A stretch of DNA of 63,222 nucleotides, the filler included, from Stramenopiles sp. TOSAG23-6 (Eukaryota), in NCBI GenBank assembly GCA_900128565.1. It is 2 parts of 2 records of this genome, joined end to end, with 100 filler letters (N's around TTAATTAATTAA, not from the genome) between each part and the next. Parts side by side here need not be neighbours in the genome. Positions count along the whole stretch, not along the records: positions 31,841 to 63,222 come from LT635961.1; 1 more part is not named here. One strand, 5' to 3'. Below are positions 42,673 to 56,800 of the stretch, piece after piece. Every line of letters starts with the position of its first letter. Position 1 is the first letter of the stretch. Made by a program: the position numbers and the translations under genes. The notes beneath the pieces are model-generated. The model was not told the DNA's origin. It ran no database searches and saw only the letters and a list, made by a program, of their open reading frames with translations.

Positions 42673-44721
42673 ATGCGTAAAATGACGAACCCCCCACCAA
42701 CACCACAGGTCACAATTGAAGATGTTGAATCTGAGGATGAACCTCCATTGATGCCGCACGAGTTAGTTCCAGCAAAAAAAGCGCACTCAAAAATTTTAGA
42801 AATCCGCCAAAAGTTTACAGCGTTAGATGCTGATAAATCTGGTTATCTTGATATTGATGCAGCTCGTCAACTCATGATTGCGTTGGAGATACCATCAACA
42901 TACGACGTCCAGAAAAGTTTTTCTGAGATTGATATAGGAGAGCAAGGCAAATTTTGTGTGGATGAATTTATTTACTGGTACCGACTAAGGTTTCCTATAG
43001 ACCCTGAAGATGTAATCAATAATCTACGATATATTTTTAATATGTTTGATGAAGACGGTAATAATGAGTTAAGCAAAAAAGAAGTTCGTAAAGTTTTAAA
43101 GAAAATGGGTGTACAAGTTTCTACAAGAGTTTTTCGACGTAAGGGAAAAAAAAGAATGAGAGATATATTCAAATTGATGGATATTGAACATAAAGGGACG
43201 GTATCATTTTCAAATTTTCTTCAGTGGCATAAACGAGAGTATCAGCAACTCCATGCGTGGGAAGTTGAAAATAATACTGAACACGTTCGTACTTTAGAAA
43301 CAGATGTCGTGATTCGTAATGAAAGTAAAGTAGATCCTTCGCTTGGAGAAACCACGGGAAAAAACGTGTTAAAAAATGAAAAAGATGAAGCAATAGAAAC
43401 GGCAAAACGACGGATACCACAAATCAAACAAATAATGGGAAACATCGAAAAAAAAATGACAGAAGAAAAAGGTGTACTCAACACAGAAAAAAAGATATCA
43501 GAAAATGAACCACCACCACCGCCACCACCGCCAATGGTACCCACAGAAAAAAATATGACAGAAGAAAAAAACAAAAAGAAAAAAGAACCAGTAGAGACGG
43601 CAATAAAAGAGATACCACAAGATGTATCACCACCACCACCACCACCACCACCGATGGTACCCACAGAAAAAAATATGAAAGAAGAAAAAAACAAAAATAA
43701 AAAAGAACCAATAGAGACGGCAATAAAAGAGATACCACAAGTTGTATCACCACCACCACCACCACCGATGGTGCCCACGAAAAACAATATGGCAGAAGAA
43801 AAAAACAAAAATAAAAATGAACCAATAGAGACGGCAATGAAAGAGACATCAGAAGCCATAGACAAAAATATGCCTGAAAGTGAAGCTGTTGTGTCTTTTG
43901 ATGTAGGCTCCAGCGAAGCAGGTGAATCTGTTATTTTGATGAAAAACAAGAAGAACATAGAGACGGAAGGTGAACCCGAAGAAAACAAATGTAATAATGA
44001 CGAAAATAGTACCAAACAAACGCAAGTATTTAATGACATACAAAAACGAAAATTGAATATAATTTCTAGAGATTCTGCTGTTAAACAATTTCAAAACATC
44101 ATTTTGCATCTACATGAATATGATTCTGACCATTGGTATGAGCCTCTCAAAAAAAGCTTAGAATGTTGCAAAGAAGTAGGTATGTCTGGTTATGAAGTTT
44201 TCAAACATTTAAAAACTTTGGATTTTAATAGTGAAAATCCAACTGAATATAACACCGAAATTAAAACTACTGAAAATTCATCACAATTACAGTCCCAGGA
44301 AAAAGATATAGTGGAAGAGAAACCCATTCATGAACTGGTTCGATGTATTTCGCCAAAGAATGAAGAGAAAATCATTATAAAGAATTTGGAAACTAGTGAA
44401 TCCATAAATCCTTTGTCTAAAGCCAAAGCGATGCGTGAGTTAATAAATTTACACATTGCATTAAAAGTGAATCTTAGATATCAAACTGTCGGAGAGATAG
44501 AAAGTTATATAATGGCAGATGTGAATACAAAGACTCGATATATAGAAAAAAATATTTTGCAGAAAAAAATCACAAAACTGGCACGTTTAACTTCTCATGA
44601 AAGTTTAACGCTTCACAAAGTTTTCAGTGTCGATGAAAATGGTATGACTTGTGTAGACGATTTTTTGGCGTTCATCAAACTTCCCAGCTCGCAATTAGTT
44701 TCTTCAAGTGAAATGTTATGA
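42673..44721 (+). CDS. EF-hand calcium-binding protein with Pro/Glu/Lys-rich repeats
   Basis: EF loops DADKSGYLD, DEDGNNELS, DIEHKGTVS; three poly-Pro repeats. Confidence 0.8.
   Translation: MRKMTNPPPTPQVTIEDVESEDEPPLMPHELVPAKKAHSKILEIRQKFTALDADKSGYLDIDAARQLMIALEIPSTYDVQKSFSEIDIGEQGKFCVDEFIYWYRLRFPIDPEDVINNLRYIFNMFDEDGNNELSKKEVRKVLKKMGVQVSTRVFRRKGKKRMRDIFKLMDIEHKGTVSFSNFLQWHKREYQQLHAWEVENNTEHVRTLETDVVIRNESKVDPSLGETTGKNVLKNEKDEAIETAKRRIPQIKQIMGNIEKKMTEEKGVLNTEKKISENEPPPPPPPPMVPTEKNMTEEKNKKKKEPVETAIKEIPQDVSPPPPPPPPMVPTEKNMKEEKNKNKKEPIETAIKEIPQVVSPPPPPPMVPTKNNMAEEKNKNKNEPIETAMKETSEAIDKNMPESEAVVSFDVGSSEAGESVILMKNKKNIETEGEPEENKCNNDENSTKQTQVFNDIQKRKLNIISRDSAVKQFQNIILHLHEYDSDHWYEPLKKSLECCKEVGMSGYEVFKHLKTLDFNSENPTEYNTEIKTTENSSQLQSQEKDIVEEKPIHELVRCISPKNEEKIIIKNLETSESINPLSKAKAMRELINLHIALKVNLRYQTVGEIESYIMADVNTKTRYIEKNILQKKITKLARLTSHESLTLHKVFSVDENGMTCVDDFLAFIKLPSSQLVSSSEML
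43508..43845 (+). repeat. ~120-bp coding tandem repeat, 3 units (PPPPPPMVPTEKNM..EPIETAIKE)
   Basis: Repeated units visible in both DNA and translation. Confidence 0.85.
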
Positions 44722-44830
44722 AATTGTTTCCACAAAGATAAGATTTTGTAATAAAATATAAGCCTAAAAATAAAGCCAATTTTTTTGGGCTCTCTGTGTA
44801 ACTTATAAAGGATTTATTTTTTATATTTTT

Positions 44831-47800
44831 TTAATCTTTTTCTTTCTCCCCGGCTTTGTCTATTGTCAATAAAATAGCTGTGCCATTATCTATCCATTTC
44901 GAATGTTTATCCATCGTGTTCATTGTTGCAATAAATTGGAATTCCGAGACTCTCTCATTCGATAAGTATACAGGACATTCAAAAATATCATCATTGTTCC
45001 GAAGATATCCAGCTTCGATTCTTTTCCACTTGGGATTAATACGAATTGGGCGTATAAGCATAATTGGTAATCTGAAAAACTTTGTGTTTGTAATTGAATC
45101 GTCCAAACATCCTCCATATTGAGAATTGCCTATACTTTCTATATCACTACTGGTTGGCTTCTCCCAGCTAGCGCCAATTAGATACATATCATGTGCATAA
45201 CTGCCTCCCATATCTGGATGTTCATTAATGTTTTCAGTGTTAGAATACACAGTAACTTTAGTTTCTAATGTAAATGCTTCAATAGGGTGATTTTGCTCTT
45301 TAGCGGCGGATTGTAATATTGCAGATAAATATTTTTTCGGTGCAAATAATCCACCGAGCCAAATAGAGACTGGGCGCTCCATTTCACTCACCCATACATT
45401 CAATTGATCAACTCTAGCAAGTACATTATCCCACCAGTCAGTTAGTGATTGCTTCCATTTCCATGATAATTGAATCCACTGGTATGGTACTTTTTTAGAA
45501 AATATAGTTTTTATAATTTCAACGAGTTCATCTGTCATATTAATCTTATTATCAAGCGCAAGAGCTATTTCATCCAACGATTTCTTGAGTTTTCCCAAGA
45601 AAATGTTCATCTGCAAGCACTCCTGAATGGCGAATCTCGCATAAGGTGCATTCACATCATCCATAAGAACTGGCTCAGCTGCAATGTTTACATCATTCAT
45701 GTTGAATTCTCGTGGCATCTTCGCAATTAGAACATCAATCTTCTCTTTGACATATTTCTCTCGATCCTTCAACAACTGAAGACTCTTTGATATTTTCTCT
45801 TCTACCGGTGGTTTACGTTTTGGTGCACCATCATTGTCGGCTACATTATTAGAATTGCCGTCACTGGTGGATGATAATGCTCCGGCTGTCTGGGCTTCAT
45901 TCTGATCAAACTGTAATTTTTCGATTAGCTTTGAATGGGGTTGCATTATAATTTCACTTCCAAAAATATGCATCCCGTTTTTACAAATATATCCAAGTTC
46001 ATCCACGAGAAGATTTCGCCCTGAATTTTCGTGAATGCCAAATGAACTAGAATTTGTGACTGAAGGTAAATTATCAGTAATGTGCTCTAAATAATCTTCA
46101 TATTCTGCGCTAGCGTTGTCTAATGATGGGAAGTCTGGTAAAATATCACATTGCTCAAATAGTTCAGCGACAAACATTTTATCTAAATAATTTCGTGTAA
46201 TACGGAGATCCCAAAAATTACTCATATGACCTCCATACACCAACTCAGCAAAAATGTATCTCAGTTCTTCCCATGGAATTGAAATCTGTTTATCGAGATA
46301 TCGTTCCATGATATTGATACATGTACCAAGGTCTCGTTTATTGAATCGATAATTGTTACTCCAGCCAACAGACCCATATCGCTTTCTACCAACCAAAATT
46401 GCATGAAGAGAACATAGCGCAAAACTCAGTGCTTTGAACTCGGTAGGCTTCTCAGCCTCAAGAATTCTTTCTGGTGGAATTACCGACCAAGCTGATCTCA
46501 TTATATGTGGTAACTCATTAGGTTCGTCATTGCAAACTTGTACACATTCTCTAAGTAAACTCTCAGGCAAAATTCGTCCAATTTCAATAACACTTGCTGG
46601 TGTTGTATTCGTATTAGACTCATTTGTTGATATAGAGAGCAAAACCCGGAAGTCTTCGTGGGCTTGACTTGTAACTGATTCTAATATCTCTTCGAGGCGG
46701 AGAAAAGTTTCCGGGACCAAATGTAAATTTTGTAGCAATATCCATCCACCCTCTTTGCCAAGCCTTCGAATCTCTGTTTCCATAAAATCTTGATTATTCC
46801 CGCCGAGAGCAATAACCACAAATTTTCCATTGGATGGTGTAAAATCAAGTTGTGATGACATTGCTTCCACCCATGCAGTGGGGTCTTGACCTGGTACTAA
46901 CACAAATAAAATTGGATTACACGATCTACTCTTTTCGTAAAGTTTCTTCATTGAAAATGAAGTATGTTTTACATATTCTGGGCCTAGATTAGATTCGATA
47001 CAAGCTAGTATCATGTGTTTTGCGCGATCAGGACGAAGTGTTTGGATAAGCAAAATACGATCGAAATAGTCCAAATTTTCATACGGCTCTCCACCGGGGA
47101 TCACTTCATTTTCTGGTTCGGCACTGAAATACCAATCAAACCATTCTTCACTGTCTGCTTGCATGTGTGATGATATGTACCTATACTCTGAGAACTCGTT
47201 TAATGCGCATACCTTGGCCCATGCTTCAGTTGATAACCAACCGCTAATTTGACCCATTTCACTTGGATTGGGATTAGATGGCGAATGAAGTAAATGCTCC
47301 AATTTCTTTGGGTGAATCTTTCTACTTATAGCCATAACTTTGCAGAAAAAGAGGAGTGCAAGTGTAGTATGGTCGTGATTATATATTGATCGTTTAACAT
47401 CATTAAAAACAAAACTCGTTACCTTGTCTTGCATAACTATATTCTGTTCTTCTATTTCATCATCATCAAGCATTCCAGGTGTCGCATTTGGCATAAATAC
47501 ATTTCGAACGTTCTGTGGTGTTGGCAAACGTGCGGCTCGTAATAAATCAACACCCCAAATATAGCGTAATGTTGACTCAAGTTCACTACCGGCTACACGT
47601 TTTTTCTTGTCGAGTGACCTCGAGCCTCCACTATTATTTCCACTGGAAGATTTATCTAATGCTCGTGCAAATGTAATTACAAAAGAGTTCAATGAAAACA
47701 CATAATTAGGATTTATCTTATGAAGATCGCTCAGTAGCATAAAGATATTAGCACCACGCTCGGCGACTGGTCGGTACTTCTCTATAATTTCTTCCAGTTG

Positions 47801-50800
47801 AGTGGCAGTTGATTCAACAATGGAAAGCTTTTGTTTTGCACTTTTTGCTGCAATTTTTGCACGTTCAAGAATATCAACAATTTCTTGGTCCTGGCAGACA
47901 TCAACCTCCGCGTCGGCTAGTTTCTGTAATATTAGTGATTGAAGTCCTGCTAGCTGAATCTTTGATGTTGAACGTTGAATTGTATTGTTGGCAAACCTCT
48001 CTGCAATATCTGGTCTTTGTTTCCGAATTACGACGGCTAATAATTGTTCTTCCAAACACTCTTGATTTACTGTAAAATCAACGAAAGTACAAGCTCCAAG
48101 TATACTATCAGAAAATTTAGGATTGCTTAAACGAGTTGCCATATATAGTCGAAATGATCCGTGCATCTCAAATTCCGATCCACCCAATACTACATAATTT
48201 GTATTGCCTCTCTCATGTATCCTTTGTTTAATCAAGTTCATCAAGATTGGTGGGAATTCTTCTTTCACGCCCTCCAAGAGAACAATTTGACCCTCCTCGA
48301 GGGCACCACTTAATATTTGCACGAATGCTTTCATCCCTATACGTAGATACAAGATATTACTCGATGGTTGTTCATCACCTGTACTTGCATTTGTGTTTTT
48401 CGTTGATTCGTACCGAGATTTAATCCAATGTACAGCTTGCAACTGAGGATCTAAAAGAAGTGGCCAGCGTTTGCTTTTTCTAGCGATAATTGCATTTTCA
48501 ATTGAGGATCGATCGTTCGACAATGTTTCAGAAATAAGTTTGTCTTCATATTCATCACTAAGTAAAGCATACGCAGGATTGACAACCGTGTTCAAAGATA
48601 TGTTAATCTGAGAGTTTCTCAAAAATGGCAGCCATGTTTGAGATAATAAAGTCCAGCGATGTTTAGTATCAAAAGGACCTACAAATGAAACAAAAGCAGA
48701 AGCTAAAGTGACATCACCAACCAAGTAATCACCATAGTTCTTAATCTCTTTTTGTTTTTGAAGCCATATGTCTTCTTCATCAAAAAGTGATCGGGCGAGT
48801 CTTCGAGCTAGCTTAAGTTTTGTCCGCCCAACAGTGAGCTTCATCACAGCGTCATCTTTTTCCTCTTCGGCAGACTCAAAATCTTTATTAAGTTGATTCA
48901 GAACTAATTGCATATCTTTAAGTTCTACTGTTCGATTATTAAGATTTTTATTTGCCTCCGCGAGATTTTCTGTTGCTTTTGCCAATGCTTCCCGCAATGG
49001 TGCCGTCGAAATGTAGACGTCATAATATGCTACAATGTTAATTACCCATGAAACTAATATCCCTGCAGCAATATTTCGCGACGAGATAAGATCAACATCA
49101 AAATACTCATTTTCGATATATTGCCGAACTTCTTTCATGTTAATGGCAGGGATTTTCATGTCATGTAAAAGTTCTTGATATCCCTTGAGTTTTTCTATAA
49201 ACACATTAATATTAGGCAACAAGGTTTTTATACACATTTTCCATGAACGATCGCGAATACGCCCACTTGAATCCACCCCATCAGTGATGTGAACTCCTGC
49301 AAAGAGCACCATAATCGCAGCAAAAACATCATCAACTCCCTTAGGAGGATCTTTTAATGTTTTACAAACACCCAGATCTCTCTTATCAATAGTTTCTGCA
49401 GCAATCTGAGAACGTACAAGTGCTGGCTCTCCTTTTTTAAGCTCTCCTTCGCACATTTCCCTCTTTGCGTGTGCGTCTTTTTGTACATTGGTACATATTT
49501 CTTGCTCCTGGCTGCATTTAAGACTTGCAAAGTCAACAAGAGACTTTTGTTCCGATACTTTAACTGCCAAATCTTCAGCTTCCTTTTTCTTTTCTTCGGC
49601 AGCTTCTTCCAAGAACTCCATATTATCTTCGATCTCGCCGACATCATTCTTTGTCCTTCGAAGTTTATCAATGCCAATTTTCAAACGCTCAGTATCCGTT
49701 TCTACAGCGGCTGACTTCGTTTTTAAACCATGACGTAAACGACGAAGCATATCAATATAATCTAGTGGTGCTATGTATACATGTCGTTGTGTATTCTCAA
49801 AATAAGTTTCCACCATTTCGGTGCTGCTACTATATACTAGTGGGATAAATTCTTCAACAACTTTAGCAGCTTTAACTTTATCCTCCCCAAATTCTGCAAT
49901 ATAGTTTGGCTCATCATCTTTTTTATCATCGCCCTCTTCACCACCTTCAACTTGATCGTCGATAGATTTTTCCTCCGTAGGTGCAGCCAGAAACATTTGA
50001 GATATTTCTTGTAAAGTTGATACAGGCCATGATCTAAACCAATCTATTGTTGGGCATAAAAGTAGGCTCGGAAATCGTTTTGCTCGGGGCGAGAAATCAG
50101 GTGTAGTCGGAGACATGCACAAGATAACTTTGACATTTTTCTTTACTTTACCGATGAACCAATCCCATGACATTTCGTTGTCTATTGTAAGAACACGAAG
50201 TTCTGTTTTAGCTTTTGCCATTACATCTGTAATTATTGCATCTTTTTCATCTTGGGGATATAAATCTTGTATTTCACAAGTGCTTATTAAATCAGATATA
50301 ATCAATAGGATATCATCATTTCGTAAATATTCCTCGGTCAATAAAAGTACTTGCTGTTTATCAGGGGCACCAGCAAGGACAAACATTTCTTTGAGGCGTT
50401 CCTTAAGCCCTGTTGCATTTTCAGAGTCTAATGCATGTATGGGCATATTATTCATATGACAAGCAATTCGAGCAAGGGATTGTTTTCCCGTACAACCATG
50501 ACCAATGAGACACACGTGACCTTGTCGCTGCAAAAGAATTCGTGTTATACGCGTGATATGTGACATGGCATCATTAAATAAAATCAAATCAATCTTTGGT
50601 TCATGTTTGTTGTGCTTTTCTACAGCTACAGATAGTTGCTCTCGAAGACTTTCCCAAGTAAGTACCGAATCATACACTTGTTCGTCAAGACTCTCCGCAT
50701 AATGAAAGTAGCACAATGGCTCTGTTTGTGCCTGATTAAAAAATGGCTCGAACGCCATCTGAGGAAAAGATTTCTTCGCAGTTTTGAGAACATAACTTTT

Positions 50801-53800
50801 GTATTGCCAGAAATCTCCAGAAGTTTGCATCATATCACCATACGCACGGTCACTCTCATGCAGCCATAATGCGATTAATTTTTCAAAATTTCCAAATTCT
50901 TTTTGATTTGACATTAGCATGCCCTTGAAAAGATGCGACATATTCCGAATAGACCAACCAAAATGACAATTGATAGGAGTTTTGCGGAAGTTTTGAACAA
51001 CTGCTTCGTGAACTTCTACAGCAGCTGTAACTATTGATTCGGATAAGGATTGGCATTCTGCATTAAAACGGCGAAGATGTGCATCTAAGAAAGTTTTAAA
51101 TAATATTGTTAATGATGTGCCTGATAAAATAGGAAGGGATAAAAGGGTAAAATGGCGTTGCATACGAACTCCCACTGATTTGGATCCCGCAAATGGATTT
51201 ACGGAACCAATATATACTACATTCTCGATGTGTTTTTTCTCTAATTTTGAAGTATCATACCAGTATCCGTACTCTATATGTTGCCTCAAAAGTTCGTGTA
51301 TAGATTGGGTACCGTATTGATCAGGCTGAGGCAAACTCAAATCATCTAAGAAATAAACACAATCATGACCACCCGGAGGGGCATATCTATTTTCCCCCCC
51401 TTTTACTAGAATATGTTCTAGAGGAGACTTCAGATTATCTGTGCTGCTATAATAATTGCAATTTAATCGTATGTGCATCGTTTCATTTTTGTCTTGTTTT
51501 TTGCACATATCTTCAAGAATTGCAGACTTCCCTGTTCCTGACGGACCGATTAATAAAAACCCTCGATTAGATGAAATCATCTTCTGTCCCCAGAAACTGA
51601 TTGGGCAGGTCTCAGGAACCGGTACCACAACTTCTGAAATATCTGTAGTAACAGAATCAAAAGGCACACTAAAAAATTGAGGTGACCTATTCCATAGTTC
51701 AAAAACATTACTACCAGGATTAAGCCAGTAGTCAAATACAGTTTCACGCGCCGGAAATTTTACACGATCAAAATCTGGATATTTCTTCCAGAATTCACTG
51801 AACTTTTTGTCCCAATTGTTACCTCTTTGGTATCCGGAATATCCACCAAATGACCAAACCATGCAATAAATAAATGTTTTTTCAACACTGTTTGTAACTG
51901 CTGAGACGTCGCCCACCAGCATATCAGGTTTTATCATACTCGAGAACATTGCCAGAAATGTGTTAGCCGAACCAACAGCAGAAAATGGTAATAATGTTTT
52001 AGAGCTCTCTAAATATTGTACTGTTGGTTCCACGTAAATGCTAACTAGATTTGCGAGTGCGTCTTTTGCTTCCTGTTCCACATTCTGATGTTGTACCCAT
52101 GAGGCGAATATACTTCTCCATTGAGCTCCTTCTTCAAGCGATATCCATATTATCGTCGATCTTCCTACTGTTGAAGGGGATGTATTTTCGAGACTATTGA
52201 CTTCAAATATCACTCTCATGTAAAACTTTAGATGTATTCTTTCATTGCTTTGAAGAATAAGTGTCTTGCTATTATCCATTAGAGCATTCAACGATTCAGC
52301 CCACCCTGCATCTATTTCACCATCTACAATTAACCATTTTGGTTCTTCGTCGCGAATACCTGCCAAATGCCTCAAAGCTTTTGGAAGCAGTCCTTCTCCC
52401 CACTCATGAGATTCATTATCTATAGAACCCAGTAATTCTGAAACAGTCACGGCCTTCGGGTTTATAACTTGTACATTAAGCTCCTTTAGCTTTCGAGCAC
52501 GTGCGAGAGATTTCCAACATTCTGTTTTACCACAACCGACACCACCCATCAGCAATACTGTATGCGAGGAATCAAGTGCGTCGCTCAAGTCAGAGCAACG
52601 CCCTAAAAGATATTCCTCGGGCCATAGATCACGTTCCATTGCAGCATTCGCTATGGCGTTTTCCAAATCAAGATCTTTTGATTCCTCGGGTTCTTCTCCT
52701 GGGAATATGTCTGAAAGAATTCTATCAAAAATGTCCAAGTCATGAGTTTTTAATGTTGGGATGCAAATACTTTTGATGGACTTCATAACTACAGAGTTTT
52801 CTGACATATTTTCATTGTTCCGTCGCACTGATGATGCAAGCATTAAAATATTTGATGCTACTCGAAGCCCCCAGGCATAATGTCTTTCCTGGGCCAATAA
52901 ATCCTTCATCATTTGCATGACAATATCAAGTTTTCCTGCTAAATCTTTTGCAGACTGAAACCCAGAAGACATCAATAAGTTCTCATAAATAATTTGACTA
53001 TCTGGCTTGTAAAGAGTTATAGGGCGTAATAATATACGGAGATTATCTGGTAATTCGACACGACCACGATAAGATGGATTCACATTTAAAAATATCGCAG
53101 ACGTTGACTGTAGTCGTATTTGACTCCCTTCTATATTAACAGTCTTTTGGTCGCCTCTCATAGCATTGAGTAATGCCTTATATTGCAACGAACACACAGA
53201 AAGTACATTTAAGGGTAATCGATCAAATTCGTCAAAGCAAGCCCAGGTTCCACTAGCTGCGACGCCTTTAAATATTTCAGTTAGACTGAGGTAATCAAAT
53301 TCAGGCGAAAAGTTAAAAATAAAGGAAGGCTTTGCCATCGCAACTGCGATATCACATGTAGTAGAAGTTTTCCCTGAACCGGAAGGACCAACTGACAAGC
53401 ATCCCATTTTTGAATGCATTGACTGTGTCATTGATAAATATACACGATTTGTCAAGTTGGTAACAACAAGGCGTGCCCCATTACCCACATATTCAAACCC
53501 ATAATTAAAACTAGCGTCTAAAATACTAACAACCGCACCACTCTCAGGCGAGTATTTGTATCTCAGCTGTTTACTCCATTGAAAACTTACTGGGGAAACA
53601 GTATTAGTCTGAACTAAATTGTGTGAAATATCTCGGTAGTGTGCCCCTTTCACTATCATCGCTTCAACTCTAAATCTATCGCAAATGCTTATCTTGTTTC
53701 GGACTATGAGAATCATATCTGATAACTGCTGGTGACATAGCCGCAATACACTATTTAGAGCATTCTTGTCACCACTAGACAGCCCTTTGAAAGCTTTTTC

Positions 53801-56800
53801 GACACTTGTTGTAAACATTAGCGCACTTACTAGTATTACTATTTGTGCGCTATCTTTGTTACGGGTAGATTTTTTCTGATGTCCCTTTTCTCCACTAACT
53901 TTCTTTTTATCCATAAGCCACTCTGTTCGTTTCTTTTTACCGAATCTTTTCAGAGATAGATTCAATGAGGTAGATAGTGTTGATCGAATTTTTAGCAATA
54001 TTTCGTTTAAGTATGCTTCTGGTTTACCGGTCATTTTCACTGTGGGGTCTAGGTCAAGCGTTTCTTCACCAACTAGTGAAGTGAACTGTATTACTCTGTA
54101 TTGTGGACCAACTTCATTTGAAGCCGATACACCTTCTTCTTCTTTTAGTACTAATGTTTGAAGCGTAGGAAATAATTTGGGTATGTGTGTCAATAGTTTT
54201 GGTGGTTGTCCACCATTGGCAAGGACGTGCATGAGGTCTAATTCTCCCATAAAATAAAAACGTGGAAATTGACCACGCTTACTTTCCATGAAACGACCAA
54301 GTGAGAGTTTACATTCCATTAAACTTTTTTCTATTTGTTCAAGTTTCTTCTGCACGGATTTTGAACAACAATACTGTTTGACGATCTTGGTCATATAAGC
54401 ACCCTTTAAAACTTGTTTCATATCAGCATCTAATTTATTGAACACTTCTGCATCCATAGGAAGCTCATTCTGTACTTCTTCCGAACCTTGAAACAAAGGC
54501 TCTAGAAACATCCAAAGTTTTGAGGTTTTACGAATAAGCTGTATAACGGTCACCATCATTTCCATTGATTTTTTCCATTGATCAAGTTTCTTTAGGAAGA
54601 ATGCAGCAAACTTTGATGCCAGAATACCTTGAATCGTCATTTGGTCACTCTCCAAAGCATAAAAATCTTCCTCAGATATTACACAAACTTTTAATTTGTG
54701 AGACTCAACATCAATATATTCTTTGAAACCAAATTCAAGATCGCCCCACACTTCATTCATTTTAACAAGTGCTTGTTCAATTTTCTCCTCTTTTCGGGCG
54801 CGATCTGTTACATCTTCTATCACACCAATATATCGATGTACACCAATGTTGATTATTTGGGAAACTGGACACATTTTATCTTTATACGGAGAAGTAAATG
54901 GTTTATCAACTTTTGCACTCAGGTTATCCCAGTGTCGAGGGCGCATAGCTGGATGCGTCAATTGTTTTATTAATGGACAAGCAACAGTAAATTCAACGAT
55001 TGTTTTCTCAAGAACTTCAAATGCATCACAAAACTTGATTTCATTGGGCAAAGATCGGATCTCTTTTAGCATACCCTCTGTAGAAGTTTGCATGCCTTGG
55101 CCATCAAGTTCAGTCCATAGAGCCATACCCATCAGACGAAGTCGAGTTTTCCAAGATTCTTCAAATTCCCAAAACTGAAGTTGCCATTTAAGCTCATTCT
55201 TTACAATGTTAAGCATCTCTTTGGAGTGATCCAATAGCTCTGGAAATTCAAACACTGTTGCAATACGAAGCTGTTTCTTAAATAGTTGTAATTGTTCTTT
55301 GTGTTCAGCTCTTGCATCTTCAATCAATCTTTGCGCTTTTTGAAATCCAGTTGTACTTTTCCAGTATTCGTGATGGCGATGATTGTCTAAGTATTCGGCA
55401 ACTGTTGCTTCATACTCTGCTAAGTCCACCTTTATTGTGAGCGAAGCATCTTTCACCAGTGGTGCAATCCTCACTGCTGTTTTTGTAGATTGTGTCTTTG
55501 CTTCTTTCCATAATTTTTGAACTTTGTCTAATCTTTCAACAATTTCTCTAAGCCATGGAAGTTCAAATTTTGATAAGAATGAAATCGTTGCTGCACATGT
55601 ATCAACACCAATCTGAAGTTCGCCTTGTTTCCCCGTAACATTCATTACATGTTCTTTGACATCTGTAAGAGCCGGAATATCTCCCCGTTGAACCTCGTAC
55701 TTAAGACCTTCAAGTGTTGATTGCGAGAATGTCAACAGTTTACTGATAGTTTTTTTTAAGTCGTCTGTAACGAGCTGGCCATCCATTCGATTTGTATCTG
55801 TATCATGTGTACGAATAAAGTCAACTACGAATGGACTTCCTCGAAGAGCACCTGCATTACCCCTGAATGTACCATCAAATTCAACCTCAATATTATACTT
55901 GCCAGCAACACCAGCTTGAAAGATGACTATGTAATCACCGTCGTCATTATCTCGAATATCGTAAGCCAGAGTTACTCCATGTGGATCTTCGATGACTATA
56001 TTAAAGATATCCCCTCCGCTACGTCGGTATTCGTTCTCTGTATCAACGGCTTGAATATGAAATATAGCCTGTGTCTCAGCAGCAGCACCATTAATTAATG
56101 CAGGACCAAATGCAACACAGTTGTCGCAATCCGTTACATTAAAGAAGGTAAACTTCCTGTAAGTAGTCGTAAAACTGTCTCCTCGTAGCGAAACCCGTAC
56201 CTGAACTTCTTGTGCACCTAGTGCTTCGAATGAGGGTGTGGTACACACCATTGTTTCTTCATCAATATACTCTCCCTCAGCATCACTAAAATGTTTCCTT
56301 GTGGCAAATCTGACTGTAACCGGGGGACGATTAGCGAAATCTACACCGATGATGGTCATTTTAATTCCTCCGGTGACCGGACCCATAGATGGTTCAATAT
56401 TAAGAACGGCATATGGCGGTCCAACAATTGATCCAACATCTAGTGTACATATATCTCCAAACCATTTATTTGCCCATCCTCCAAATATAATAAGACGACT
56501 ACCCTTTGTATCATATGCAACAGATGCATCTGATCGACCTTGTGGGGGCTCACCTGTTGTCGCAGGGTGAAACATATTGAAGTCACCAGTGTCCATCACT
56601 GAAGTATCACTAGCATACATTCCTTGAAGCAAATTTTCAGACTTTGTGAGGTCACCACAGCTTCCACCAAATATAAATATTTTCCAATTTGGAATAGCTT
56701 CTACGGCACACGCCGACATGTTCCAACGAGGAATTCCAATATTTGAATCTACTTCGGACCAAGTATTCGAGGTGCAATCGAGTATCCAAAGGTCATTAAA